DNA of 63,360 bases, filler included, from Bigelowiella natans CCMP2755 (GCA_000320545.1; 4 parts of 4 records of this genome joined end to end with filler, not necessarily neighbours in it); one strand, 5' to 3'; counted from the first letter of the whole stretch, positions 17,326-30,349 are shown. Numbers and translations: made by a program. The notes: generated by a model from the sequence alone, not told the origin.

Positions 17326-19898
17326 ATGATCTATCTCGTTGTTGCCCTTCTTCTCCAAGATTGCTGCGCTCTTCGAGCTAGTATAAATGAAGAAGAAGAC
17401 AACACCGCCTTCACCTTTGGGGGCGACCCAGGCACCGCTGTTCTTCCAACGATCCCGGTAAGATAGAGGAGTCTAAGGAGTAGTCTTGGTTAAGCAAGAG
17501 AGATCTCACAATCGTATATTTTCAACTCACACAAATTTACTATGATTGATCAGTTCGAACGGAGTGAAATTCCAGAGATATTAAACTTAATCCACGTCGG
17601 GTCGCATCGCAAATGGATGAATACAAGCCTCAGCCGGGATGCGTATGTCCCACCCCTCGAGTACATCCAACAAGTAAAAACAAAGGATGCCTTCGGGGTT
17701 CAATATGATATTTGGAAAATCCAAAATTCTGAATCTTGGTACTCTGAGAGGAAGGTTGCATTATCTGGAAATCCAAGGGGTCAAATAGACCCCATCTACT
17801 TTTCTAGTGACTTCAACATGCACCTTACCCACTACCCTTTGGGAAAGAATCTTCCAATGATGGGACTTCGACTGGGAACTCTACTCCCGCACAAAGGAAT
17901 TTTGAAGTCCGGGGTACAGTTCCAAACACATGAGTATCCCCACTTGCTTACCGATCCCGAGTATGTACTAACATGTATTCTACGTCTTATTCTAACAGGT
18001 TGTGGCTAGTAGCCTCATCCCTGGCCTGAAAAGGGATCCATGGTCTTGGAGCCGCATTAGAGAATGCCAGCTAGATAATATAGAGTCTGGCCTTGACAAT
18101 GTCGAAAAGTCCTGGGGGTGCTATTTCCAATATCTGGACGAACGCCCACGACCACCAAGTAGTTTTATGAAACGTCTTTGAATGAAACGTTAAATCACGC
18201 CAACCAAAACGCTAGCTATAACGCAGGAAGACTATCATAATGGTATGTGAGTCTTAACTTTTATCTCCATGGTGTATATTCTTAGGAGATACAACAAATA
18301 AATACAAGCTCACGCAGCTCACCAGCATGAATCTGAGGAAGGGCTTCTGGGCAGGAACAAATAGGGGGAAGCTGAGCGGAGCGTACTTAGCAGCTCAATC
18401 AACATGGTATGCTTTCCAGTTTAATAAACATACCAGATTGGTCGTCGACGAAGCACTCGCAGAAATTCCATGGCCTACAGGTGAACAATTTAGAGACAGT
18501 ACAAGCAAAATTTGGTTAGTAGAAAACGATGTTAGATAGATGGGGTAAAATACGAAGCTACCTGCTATATTTTTGACAATGATTCTCTTTTGCTTTTGGC
18601 CTCGCTATCAACGTTGCAACTCAAATCTTAATTAGTTTATCCTTCGCATTCAACTGTTTCCTTTGACAATACAGCTTCCATTTCTCCAAAAACTGACTAG
18701 TGTCTTAATATCCTGTTCAATTATCTGCATGTCTTCTCCGGTGCAAAGATGGCAAGGCTGTGATTGCTAGCATCCATCTTCAAAGGGGGGATGTCGCAGG
18801 ATTCAATTGTAGCACATCTTCTCGCAATTTCACTACGTGTGATACAATTCATGACAAGCTCAAACAGTTGGAGTTGTACAAAGAATTTGGCGTGACGCAC
18901 GTCTATCTTTCAACCCAAGACCCGAGAGAGGTTTCGTATGCTAGAGAAATCGCACCACAATATACATGGATCTCAGCCGCAGAGGCTCCCTCGCGCCCGA
19001 AGAAAAGATTCTTGGTAAATGAGTGTACATACTGATTTGATTTTGAAGAGGTGTTCATTGTAATATCATTTTCGAGAATGACGCGGTATGTCTTGTCTAT
19101 GTACTCTCTCAGGGAGATTGCGATGAAGGAATAGAAGTCTGCCTCCTGAAAAATTCAAGAATGGAAGATTTAGACAATTTCGATGATACTAGACTGAAAG
19201 ACGAAATGACCTATCTCCTTGTGGATTTTGAGTTGAGTTCAAGAGCCCACATCAACATATTAGAGATGAACTCGTGTAACTCTTTGTCGATATTTTTATT
19301 GAGTTATGGGAGAAAAGGGTATATACCGCCGCACACTCCTTCACAATACATCCACGAAAGACTGCAAATGTGTGGGTCGATGCCTAGTGATACCTACACC
19401 GATCCATCGATCAAGCCAGTATTCCCATACTACCCAGACTTCAGTGCAGAAAATGAAACAGTAAATACAGAATTTGAAAGAGCAACTAATCAAACCACTC
19501 TTGATACGGCAACGGGTGGTTCAAATTTGGGAAGCAGAAATTTGGACGAAATTGAAAGATTAGCTAATCAAACAACTCACAACACGACAATAGAAGATGC
19601 AAAGTTGGGAGGCGAATACTTGGCTAATCGAACCGCTGTTAATAACACAATGGACGACTCAAAGTTGGGGGGCAGAAATCTGGTTGAAATTGAAAGATTA
19701 GCAAACCATACTGCTGCCAATATCACAATGGACGAGTCAAAGCTGGGGGGCGGAAACCACACCGCTCTTAATTTAACAAAGATCGATACAGAATTTGGAA
19801 GCAGCAAAGAGAATGACAAAACTGAACAAATTACAGACAATACTAGATTTTTTATTACATCTCCGCAACTAGAGGAAAGCCTAATCGCAGTGTCTTAA
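17326..19898 (+). CDS. Secreted/Golgi alpha-1,6-fucosyltransferase-like (GT23/FUT8-like) protein with C-terminal N-glycan-rich repeats
   Basis: Signal peptide MIYLVVALLLQDCCA. Motifs SWGCYFQ, IASIHLQRGD (cf. HVRRGD), HVYLSTQDP and YLLVDFELSSRAHINILEMNS occur in GT23 order. The C-terminus has imperfect ~26-aa repeats IERLANxTxxNxTxxDxKLGG. Confidence 0.55.
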
Positions 19899-20599
19899 TT
19901 TGACACTTAACCGCCATGATTAACAAATAAGTATTGGTTACTAGTTTATTGAATAGAATTCATGCACATCGGGCACAAACTCGAGTACAAACACAATGAC
20001 ATTATTTTAAGTTATATGAGTAACAACCGAAGCCTGGTAGAGTAAGGCGAATTAATCAAACTGTGTGTTCATGCAAGGTCTAATTGTCATGCTCCTTTCG
20101 CCCTCCACTTTTCCCAAGCATGAGCCGATGAGCATGCCATTTCCCAACATCATCAACGCAACAGATGACATCATGAGCTGCAGGTTCGCTCTGGGCGGCG
20201 TGATGGGCTGCTTAGTCAATTCGCATGCCCCAGCCATGCGGGCCCGAGATGCGCCATGGAGCGCATCTGCTAGTCGTGTTGACGACGTGTGTGCGTGTCT
20301 GCACAAGCTGGCATTCATCGATCGCCACGAGCGCTAGAGCGCACGAGATTTCATGCACAAAGCACTGGTGCGCAGCCCTAGAAATGCACTGTCAGACTGG
20401 CGCAATCATGTGCTGACACAACCCCGCCGCCGTGTTGCGACCACATGCCCCACACTTCATTTCCCTGCCAATCAATCAATTGATTTCGATGGTGCAGCTG
20501 GAACAAATGAACAAATGAACATGATGATGGACTGCATTTCCAAAACGTTGCAAGACATTTGCAAAGCACGAAACGCAGTGCCTCGAACTAACTTCAGTG

Positions 20600-21990
20600 A
20601 AGGATGACTGGCAATGAACAATGAACAATGAAGAAAGCGTTGATCAAAACTGCATGCGCCAGAACCACATGGGAGACAGGCATTTGCACGCAGCAGAGCC
20701 TCAACAACACTCGTTGCAAGGACTTGTCAGCACCCTGTTGGTGAGAGACACAAAAAATCAGCCGCATCCCCTGAAATTGGCATGGATGCCGATCAATGGT
20801 GCCGTTGAGATGTGAATTGGTTGGAACTGAAGCTGGCATCTTGGATGCCGAACCGCAGCAAAAGTGTCAAGCAGGACAATGGTTCGACGGAAAGCCCTGT
20901 CGATTTCTTTGTCAGTCGAAGGGACACCAGATGTGGCCCCCAAAGCGAGGCAAAACTTGTCATGGGAAGACATGGCAGAGAAAGCACGCAACGTGACCAC
21001 GTCATCATTGGCATCAGGTTGATGACGAGACACCAGGTGACGAATCCTGGTCCAAAAACGGTCTCTGATGTCACACGTTCCTTGGCAGGAGAACAAAAGG
21101 TGCATCAGGGACATGTCTTCGTGAGAATCGCACAAGGAGCACAAGCCCTCATGTTGCTCCAGTGCGAAGAATCTGGCAGTGTTGTGACGCCACCACAAGG
21201 CTCCACAACGAGCTTGGAATTTGAGGGACACACCACGGGCATCGTTCCATTCATCGAGGCACTTGGAGCAGTGAAGATGGGCCGGTTTGCCCACTTCCCC
21301 CTGGCTCCAAAATTGCAGCTTGGAAATCGGCTCCCACGACCGAACTTCCAAAAGATGCCGAAGAGAATGCATTCTGCTCACCTGGGCACGCACCAAACGA
21401 GCATCGCGAGATGCAATTGAGGAGGTTACAGACTGGCGAAGCCAGCAAGATTTGAGAATTGGCAAAATGGAAGCATCACCAAGGACAAGTTTTTCGACCG
21501 CAGCGCTGAGAAAGGACGAGTTGGAGACAAGAGGAAGTTTTTCCAAGATGTAAGCGATTCATAGTGAGCGACATGATGAATGGGTTATTTTTGGTGTTTT
21601 TTCACCTCGCAAGAAGTGGACATATAATCCAAAGGACAAGCTTCCTCCTCCATCCCGAGACTCTAGTGGCGCCGCTGCATCGCTGGTTGTGCCTCCGCTG
21701 CGGCTAGCTTGAATGGACCATTTCGAAAGTTTTGTAAAACAAATTAAATCCGAACTTGTTACATACGAGTGAAGATCTACCCTCCGCACTTGTCGAGGAC
21801 ATAGTAGACGGGCGGTGGTGTTCGCAATTTCCAAGAAGGGTCTTGCTTCGAGTCCGGTTCACCCGGGCTGGACCTGCTAAAGCACCTCCTTTCGATTTTC
21901 CTCCATGGATTCGAATGTGTTTTCGAATCTGTGGGTGAGTTCGGAATCGAAATATCATCAAAGTGTGCAATATTTCTCCATTAGTAATTT
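20600..21990 (-). mobile_element. 5'-truncated, degenerate non-LTR retrotransposon (LINE ORF2 C-terminus)
   Basis: ORF 20758-21546 has the post-RT zinc knuckle LKFQARCG...CSLCDSHEDMSLMHLLFSC (CX2C..H..C). The upstream part is frameshifted. A simple-repeat tail lies at 20613-20632. Boundaries are approximate. Confidence 0.75.
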
Positions 21991-22079
21991 TGATGACATC
22001 TAAGTTAAGTTGAAAGAACCAAGCGAGGAGAAGTAAATCCTGTTATTTTTCCTGATTTAGCGACGAAAAGCAAGGAATC

Positions 22080-23237
22080 ATGGGTAAGGGACGTATGAGC
22101 TTGATCGATGTAAGGGCCATGGTCAAAGGTAGTCTACCCACGTTTTGCACGTTGTTTGCAATGTAAGAAAGTGTTGATTTGATAGTAGCAGGAACATAAA
22201 TACACTGAGTTTGAAAATGCTATACGTCACTAAAAAAAAACATCAGAGTTGAAACAGAGGATCGAAGGGATGCGCGTGCAGAATGTTTACAACATCAACC
22301 AGAAAACCTACATGTTTAAGATCCAGAGCTCAAATGGAAAGGTGTGATAACGAGTGAGAAACACAGAGGGGACATAGACCATGAGCAGCAGCACATTCGC
22401 CACTTTTGTACACTGATTGCCGCAAATTGATGAAAGGATCTAGTGAAATGATGGAGGGTGGAGGGAGCAAATGAAACCACCCCATCCCCCCACTTCCTCA
22501 ACACCCCATTTCATGTTCTCCCCGGCCATGCTGAGGCTGCTCTCATATGGGTGCTATTGGTTTTACAGGAAATACTTCTGATAGAATCCGGGATTCGCAT
22601 CCACCTCACCAAGTAGCCACAATTTAGAACAACAATAAACATAGGATTTATCGCATATCTATCGGGATTTTCGGTTCCGTGATGATAGTATGCATTTTCA
22701 TGGTTGCTTGCATGTGCTGCTCATTAGCTACACAATTGTTCGATAACGGTGAAAACATAAAAGGTACAACCGACCAAAGGATTCAATGCCTAATAGCTTC
22801 GCATCAAAGCTCAGAAAGCACATCCGAAATCGAGTGCTGAATAAGATTGAACAGGTGTGTATCACCACCTTCAATAGCACAGTGGCACTACTTCAACGCA
22901 GTGAGATCGATACACACTTTTGCTTGGTAGCGAAAACACCAACGAACATATCTTTCAATGCGGCCTTTGTGTTGTATCCAAATTTCATACCAGGTGGGCA
23001 CTGACCGTGTCATCGACATGGAGTTCGGGTAGTATTAGTTTACCACCAGAATATTGATGTTTTATTTAATATGTAGCTGCAGTGCGATGAAAAGAAAGCA
23101 ATTTAGAACTACCGAGGGGGGAAAGAAGACTTGGGATTTTGGAGCCATAGCAATGATGACGTTTTCCCGGTTCTTCTTCATGGGATTTGTTAGAAATAAA
23201 AGCAATATCAAAATACTATTGATGATAATGAGGACGA

Positions 23238-23286
<49 letters not shown>

Positions 23287-23430
23287 TTCTGATTCTCAGG
23301 CAAGGCGAGAGGGCGAATCACATTATCCTCGAGATGTATGCACAAGGGTAATGATGATAGATTGTTATTGAGGTGGATGAGGCGGAGGAGGAGGAGGAGG
23401 AGAACAACATTTTATAATAGCAATATGTAA

Positions 23431-23469
<39 letters not shown>

Positions 23470-25553
23470 TGTTTGTGTGTTTGCGTGCGCGCGCCTTTTC
23501 ACTCGTGACATATTCGATACTGTGATATATATAATGGAACTATGTGCTCAAGTAATTGCAATGTACTTCTCTTCTCTCTCTTTGAAAAGGAACATCATAC
23601 TGACGGACTACGACTACAAGATTCTAATGGTGCTACGATCGCATGATCTAGGTGGGATGATGATGATGAGGCATGATGTCTAACAATGTTGATGACCGTC
23701 CAAAAATGAACATCATTAATATTAATACTGACATAATATGAAGTTAATGTCAGTTATTATGTGCTGCTGTGTGATGATGTACGCCCGACAAGCCGCTTTC
23801 TTGTGTGCGTTTGTGTACATTTGTGGGTGGGCGCTGTAACTAATGGATCTATTTTTCTGTCTCTCTTCAAAGGGGAAAATGAAATATCTGTTGGCAAGAG
23901 GTATATACAGAGAACCTCTGTCTTAGTCAGGATTCCCGTACATCGTTATAGAGATCTCCGCCGATTCTCTTCGTTTGCGTATTTTGCACTGTTCTTACAA
24001 CGATTATGGTAATGCAACTGCTCTTTGCTTCAGGTTTGAATTTTCATCTCGCACTACGCAAAGTACTGATGAGGTATCAGCCATTGTGCTGTCGCCGAAA
24101 TCTTTGGCCATGACAATACATCGAGGTGCGGTGCTAGTGATGCTGGTTGTGATGATGATGATGATGCCCATAATGGTGAATGGTGAGGAGAATGAGGAGG
24201 AAGAGGAAGGATGATGATGACGATGAAGACAAAGACGACTGTGACGTTTCTAAATTGAAGAAAGTAGCACATTCGTCCTGTTCCCCTGTGCTACCGCGCT
24301 ATGATGCAACTTCTTAAAATGGTGAGTCTGACGATCGATCGATCGACGATTATGCTGCAGGATTAATGCCCAAGCGTGCCAACAACGATAACGACGACGA
24401 TGATGATGACGAAGGCGATGAAAAGAAGCTGGGAGTCAAACAAAAGGACGGAAGCAGGCAGAAGAAAGAAAACGATGAGGAGGAATATAGGCGCCAGCAA
24501 CAGGCCTACGAAGCTGCAAAGGTTGATTGCTGCTTCTATCTAGATAACAAATAACCATCACTACTACTACTGCCACTGCTGCTGCTGCTTCTGCTGGTGC
24601 TCCTAGGCATCATCTTTATTTCGCCATTATGACCACCATCATGGTCACCACTATCTGCAGGCTAAAAACCCCGCATTAATTGAAAAACTGGAGGCTTTAG
24701 AGGTGCAGATCCAACGCACGCAAAAGTAAGGACACGAGGATTGGATAGCACACAATAAGACATGACTAGATACCATTATTCGCTTACTTGTACCTGAAGC
24801 TTGCTTCCATTCGACAACTACTACCCTTGTCAATCATTTCATCAATTGATGAAAAGCTATTTGTAATCTCCTCAGCAGACTCATGGACGTTCTCACCCCC
24901 CCCCCCTCCTCCTCCTCCTCCTCCTCCTCCTCCTCCTCCTCCTTCCTATCTTCTTGTTATTAGGAACAAAGCCACGAATGCCCATCTCTGTCAGGTGATA
25001 TATCCATCGCCCCCTTCCCCCCTCCTTTGTGTGTGCGTCTGTATTCAACACAAATAAGCATATTCCGTGCATATAGCAGTAGTAGTAGTAGTAGTAGTAG
25101 TAGTTGTTTGTTGATGTTGCAGAAGCAAAGCTGCTACATCGGCGACACATCCATCATCGATCTCCATCCATGCATCACGGTGTTCTGCTGCTCTCTTCTA
25201 TTGCACATGATGATGTTCTCGTCGTTTGCTCGTCTTCCTCCTCCCCCCAGGTGCGTTCTCGCATAGCAAAGATACGACGTGCTCTGGGCCTAGGCTCATC
25301 ATCGTTGCCACCACCACCGGCCAGCAACAACGACAACAAGCAGAAAAACAAGAAGAAAAAGAATCAGGATGATGACGACCCAGACAAAGAGACGGATGCT
25401 GCTGATAGCAGTGGCGGGAGGAAGAAGAAGAAGAAGAAGAAGAAGAAGAAGAAGGGGCTTAATAAGAAGAAGGAGGGCCGTGGAGCACCGAGTATTTGGA
25501 GCATTCTCTGCACGAATCTTCCGTGAGAACGATTACAACGACGAAGATGAATG

Positions 25554-25587
<34 letters not shown>

Positions 25588-25681
25588 AGTGATTATGGTG
25601 AGATGATGGCGATGATTTTAAAGTGTTGATGAACCTAACTCTTTTTTTAAGGTCACTACCCTTTGTTGTATATCGACCACA

Positions 25682-25723
<42 letters not shown>

Positions 25724-27250
25724 ATATATCGTTATACATTGTCAGATTCGGACCTTCAGTGATAGCGCACTGCCTCACTAAAGCAGGTCACCATTGAAGC
25801 CAATGATAACTAATCGACCATAGAGCACTTCTCGGTTCAGCGAGGCGGAATATGTCGTCGCATGATAGAGAATCAACGCAATTTCTCGAAAGATCCTGCT
25901 CCGTATTAACACTGCGGCGTTTGGGTTGTTTGTTTTCTGTCACCGTTACTGTTATTGTGGTTGTTGTTGTTGTTGTTACTTCACAGGTTATACTACAGCG
26001 AATCTGACCGCGGCCTCTCTCGCATACGACCCGCAAAAAGCTCTTCGAGGGGGGGGGTTGGAGGGAGTAGAAGTTGCTGCTGAAGCCAGGGAGGAAGGAG
26101 AATTAGGAGAAGGAGGAGGAGGAGGAGGAGGAGGAGGAGGAGGAGGAACGGAGCAACATGTTTCCACTGCTTTTTCGAGTGAGAAGCTGATGGAGCTGTC
26201 AACTGCTCTTCAACCAGCGAAAGACATTCTAAACCGCGTCACAACCGATGTACGTTGTGTACAACACACACAACAACAAACAGCATTCATTCCTTAATTT
26301 TGCCGATCGATTCATCTTCAGCAATGCCACCTCGCATGATCACCTCCCACCCCCCTTCTCAGGTTAAAATGCCGGCCTTTGTTGTTGAAAAGTTCCGCAA
26401 GTTGCAGGAGCAGAAGAAGGGAGGGGGCAAGAAGAGCATGAGTACTACTGTCTTGCTGAGTGCTTTTCAATTGTGTTGTAATATCCGATGTAGTTGTTGT
26501 TGTTGTTGCCAATGACGTAGATAGATATGTGGTAATATATCTTAAAGTCGTCGCCGTCATCGTCGTTTTTGTCGTCGTGATCGTTGTCATTTCCTTCATC
26601 ATGATTCAACACATGCGCACAAGCACCGTCCACATCACGTCACCGTCACCACCATTTCCATCGTCCAATCAACGTCGATGTCGTACATCGCATTCATCAC
26701 TAAAACGATGACGCGCGACATCACTCACCAGGTAAGGCCGAGCGGCGTGCCGCATTCAAGGCGCAGCAGGCGAAAAAACAAGCCGAGGACGACCGAAGGA
26801 AACGCGGATGGACTGACGACGTCATTAATATCAACAAAGGAGGAGAAGGAGGAGGAGGAGGAGGGGAGGGGGGGGGGGATAATGCAACATCTAAAGCTGC
26901 TCAAGGATCTGCGAAGACGTCTCGAGAGAGGAGGGAGCGGACGATCAAAATGAAGCGAAAGTTGTTGGGGTAACATTGATTTTCAGCATGACGAGACGCG
27001 AGAGAGGGGCTCCTTCCCCCCAATAGTTAGAATTCTGTTTTTTATCACTACATTTTCTTTAACGAAGGAAGGACGGAGGTGACCTCTCCTTCCCGCCTCA
27101 TTTGTGTAATAACCCTCTGGATGCTGATAATGAGTCAAATCAGATCTACACGGAGTTTATACCGATGAAGCTTGCCGTGCACGCGTCTAGCGCTTATGAC
27201 CCTAGGACAACCCAATTCTACCAGTAAGAGGAGGGGGGGGGGGGGGGGAC
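22080..27250 (+). CDS. NEMF: Ribosome quality control protein NEMF/Rqc2, 3'-truncated by gap
   Basis: Exons read MGKGRMSLIDVRAMVK-ELKQRIEGMRVQNVYNINQKTYMFK, LLIESGIRIHLT, MPNSFASKLRKHIRNRVLNKIEQ-VGTDRVIDMEFG, HIILEMYAQ-GNIILTDYDYKILMVLRSH and FGPSVIAHCL, the NFACT-N signature. Confidence 0.9.
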
Positions 27251-27350
27251 NNNNNNNNNNNNNNNNNNNNNNNNNNNNNNNNNNNNNNNNNNNNTTAATT
27301 AATTAANNNNNNNNNNNNNNNNNNNNNNNNNNNNNNNNNNNNNNNNNNNN
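27251..27350. other. Artificial contig spacer (N44-TTAATTAATTAA-N44)
   Basis: An identical 100-nt spacer with six-frame stops occurs three times in the window. Confidence 0.97.
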
Positions 27351-27414
27351 CATACACCAGGCAACATGTACATTCATAGTATCTTGAGGCATGCTTTCAT
27401 CCATCCCTTGGCAG

Positions 27415-27488
27415 ATGGTAACCCAGCCACGGATGATCACTTCTTTAAAAGAGGTATGACTCCAAAACATAATAATATACACATATAT

Positions 27489-27523
<35 letters not shown>

Positions 27524-28454
27524 CATTTAAATTCGTAGTATCAATCTCCTCCTGCTCCCTGCTAATTCGTCGTCATTCCTCGGTCATCGCGACCCGCATT
27601 TCCGCTACGGTCCCCTTCAGTATCGCTACACGAATGTCACCAACGAGGGTCACCGTTGGATACCGGAGCTGGAAGAATTGCGAAGGAAGGTGGGCCTTCT
27701 GTTTTGCATCATAGCCGTCTCGATGGTTGTCATCAGAGGTTTATCCTGTTATTGTTAGCTGGAAGCGTTCGTGGGACAAGGGAAGCGCTTCAACTTCTGC
27801 TTGCTCAATCTTTATAGGTCGCGCACTCCACGCCATCTTCGCTACCTTGAAAACCAGCTGCAGTGGATGTGTTCTGCATGCCAACCTTGCATAGTCTCCC
27901 TGCGCAAAAACAAAAAGGAAACGTTGTTTTTTGGTACTTACCGCTCGATGTTTCGCACAGGAACGGCAGCGATTACATGGGCTGGCATTGCGACGACGAG
28001 CGAGTAATTATGATAAATCACAATCAGATACCGTATCTACCCGCACCACCCACAGCAGTCCGTACAAAACTAACACAAACGTGTGATGTAAAGGAGATGG
28101 AAGGGCCGATTGCTAGTGTCAGCCTCGGAGAGACTCGGGACTTCGTATTCAAGGAAAAGGCAAACCGCACCAGCAAGCACTTTCTAGAGCTCGAAAGCGG
28201 TAGAACCATTTTTTAGAAGAGCTGCTTTTCTGGTTTCCGGGATTTGCATTACAGTCGGTACCATGCTTCTCGTTCTTATGGTATCGATCTGACAACTTTC
28301 AGGCAGCCTCCTAGTCATGAACGAAGAGACGCAGAAGCTGTTTCTTCATTCGTTGCCCCGCCGCGCAAAAGTGCAAAACTGCAGAATAAATCTCACTTTC
28401 CGATGCATCGTCGATCCCAGGCATGATGAAGAGCCGAATCAAACAACTGCCTAG
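27415..28454 (+). CDS. AlkB-family 2OG-Fe(II) dioxygenase (ALKBH2/3-like), 5'-partial
   Basis: Exons read QPRMI, YRYTNVTNEGHRWIPELEELR, FNFCLLNLYRNGSDYMGWHCDDE (HxD), PIASVSLGETRDFVF and SLLVM...HSLPRRAKVQNCRINLTFR. Stop TAG at 28452-28454. Confidence 0.9.
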
Positions 28455-29076
28455 CGATATGATGCGAGAAAGTGTCATGGCCTTCTATTTGGATGCCGAA
28501 GAAATGAGATGTCGCAGCACTACAGCATATATGTAGCAGCGGTGTCCATCTGTTCGTGAACAGGAATAGAAGTATATACGTGTTATGCTAGTATGCCTAG
28601 TGACACATATGAATAAGCACTTGCTCTACCCATGCTAGCATGCTGGGTCAGTGTTGCCTTCTCAAAATGATATTGCTCATCATTGTAGCTTAATTTGTTT
28701 TGACGGTGACTCGATAATGGCATTTGTTCATGGCCCAATATGCTGCTACGTACACAAAGAGTAGCAGTGCGATGCATAGCAATGATAACGAAATACAGCT
28801 GCACATTACATATGGAGTATATATATGTTACATTTAAAGGTGCGGGCTGTCGCGCATCGTCGTCATGACGAGCCACATTGTTGCATGTAAATACATCTGC
28901 CATATGTTCATGTTGTAACCCACGTAGTTTCCGCCTTACATGCACTACAATGACACAATCGTGCGTGAGCAAGCAGCCTGTAGCGTCGCTACGTGACATG
29001 TAGCATATCTAGATATCCATCTGCCATGTTTTTCAAATGCTGCTCTACTTCGCGTTTTTAATTACTCGTTGCCAAC

Positions 29077-29214
29077 TTATTCAGCAGCCCCGCCATCATT
29101 TTCACTATCATCACTGCGCCTGCGTTTTCGCTTCGACTTCTTGCTGCTCCCGGACTTGTCCTTCTTCGCTTTTTTCTTCTTGCTCTTCTTTTCTGCTCAA
29201 GGAAAACAAGTGCA

Positions 29215-29256
<42 letters not shown>

Positions 29257-29596
29257 AATCTCGTGTCAAATCTCTCGACAACAGACAGTTTTGCACGAAG
29301 AGAAGAAATCAACGTTAACACCTTCCCCGCGACAGATCACATCGCAGGGCAGTCGTTCGCAATGGCAATACGGTGTCATGCCTTTTTATTCATACATCGT
29401 TATTTGGTTATTCGTACTTGAAGCTTTCTTTTCCAGTTTCTTCTCGAGTTTCTTTATCTTCCTGTAGTTCAACTGCGATGACAACGACAACAGACGCAGG
29501 GGTCAAGAGACAGCGGCAAGATACGCGTCACATCCCAAGATACTATTTCATGGGGGAAGACAGAGTAAACTCCTTCTGGGCCGGAGTGGGATGTGC

Positions 29597-29632
<36 letters not shown>

Positions 29633-29840
29633 AAAAGGGAGTTTCGATGCAATGTTCCGTCCCCCGCCCCCCTCACCTATCCGCTCACAATATAAACTAA
29701 GCATAGGAAGTTAAGAGGAAGACCTTGTACGCGCATTCTGGGCATACCCTCAGCTTCACTAGAGCTTGTTTCTTCCCCCCCCCCTCCTCGTAGGCAAAAT
29801 TCACCTCGTAGCTTTTCAGATCCTCCGTCTGGCTATTTAT

Positions 29841-29886
<46 letters not shown>

Positions 29887-30114
29887 CGTCGTGCGCCACA
29901 TTCGGATGGTTACGGTGGTTGCAAGTCCATGCTAACATCGCGTGCTACGTGTCCAATTTTCAATTTGAAGACGAAAAAAATACAAATCTGCCGCTGTTCT
30001 CCCCCTCCCTCTCCCCGTCCTCCTCCTCCTCCACCTCCTCCTCTTCGAAAGGGTTGTGTTACTGTACCCGCACGAGTTGTTCCCACACACGAACTGCCCC
30101 TTACCGCGAACCAC
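29077..30114 (-). CDS. FRA10AC1: FRA10AC1-like spliceosomal protein, 5'-partial
   Basis: Exons read VVRGKGQFVCGNNSC, KSYEVNFAYE and ALVKLRVCPECAYK, followed by a Lys-rich tail ending DGGAAE*. Confidence 0.85.
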
Positions 30115-30186
30115 CTGCAAAAAAGTCGACAAGGCAACGATCAGTACTTCTTCTAATATCTATTTTGCAAGTGTATGCATTTCTCT

Positions 30187-30235
<49 letters not shown>

Positions 30236-30249
30236 GTGTGAGTGGGTAT

Positions 30250-30349
30250 NNNNNNNNNNNNNNNNNNNNNNNNNNNNNNNNNNNNNNNNNNNNTTAATTA
30301 ATTAANNNNNNNNNNNNNNNNNNNNNNNNNNNNNNNNNNNNNNNNNNNN
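30250..30349. other. Artificial contig spacer
   Basis: N44-TTAATTAATTAA-N44. Confidence 0.97.

Noticed and set aside
20065-21420. Plus-strand ORFs (90-202 aa) as genes
   Set aside because: By-products of TAA/TAG loss in the TpA-erased region, with no recognisable domain.
20591-21426. CpG-methylation decay or fungal-type RIP as the cause of TG/CA excess
   Set aside because: CpG is still common here, and C-to-T changes cannot remove TpA.
27295-27306. TTAATTAATTAA as a biological motif or piggyBac TTAA site
   Set aside because: It is centred identically in three 100-nt N spacers, i.e. an artificial six-frame stop linker. Adjacency across spacers is not evidence of linkage.
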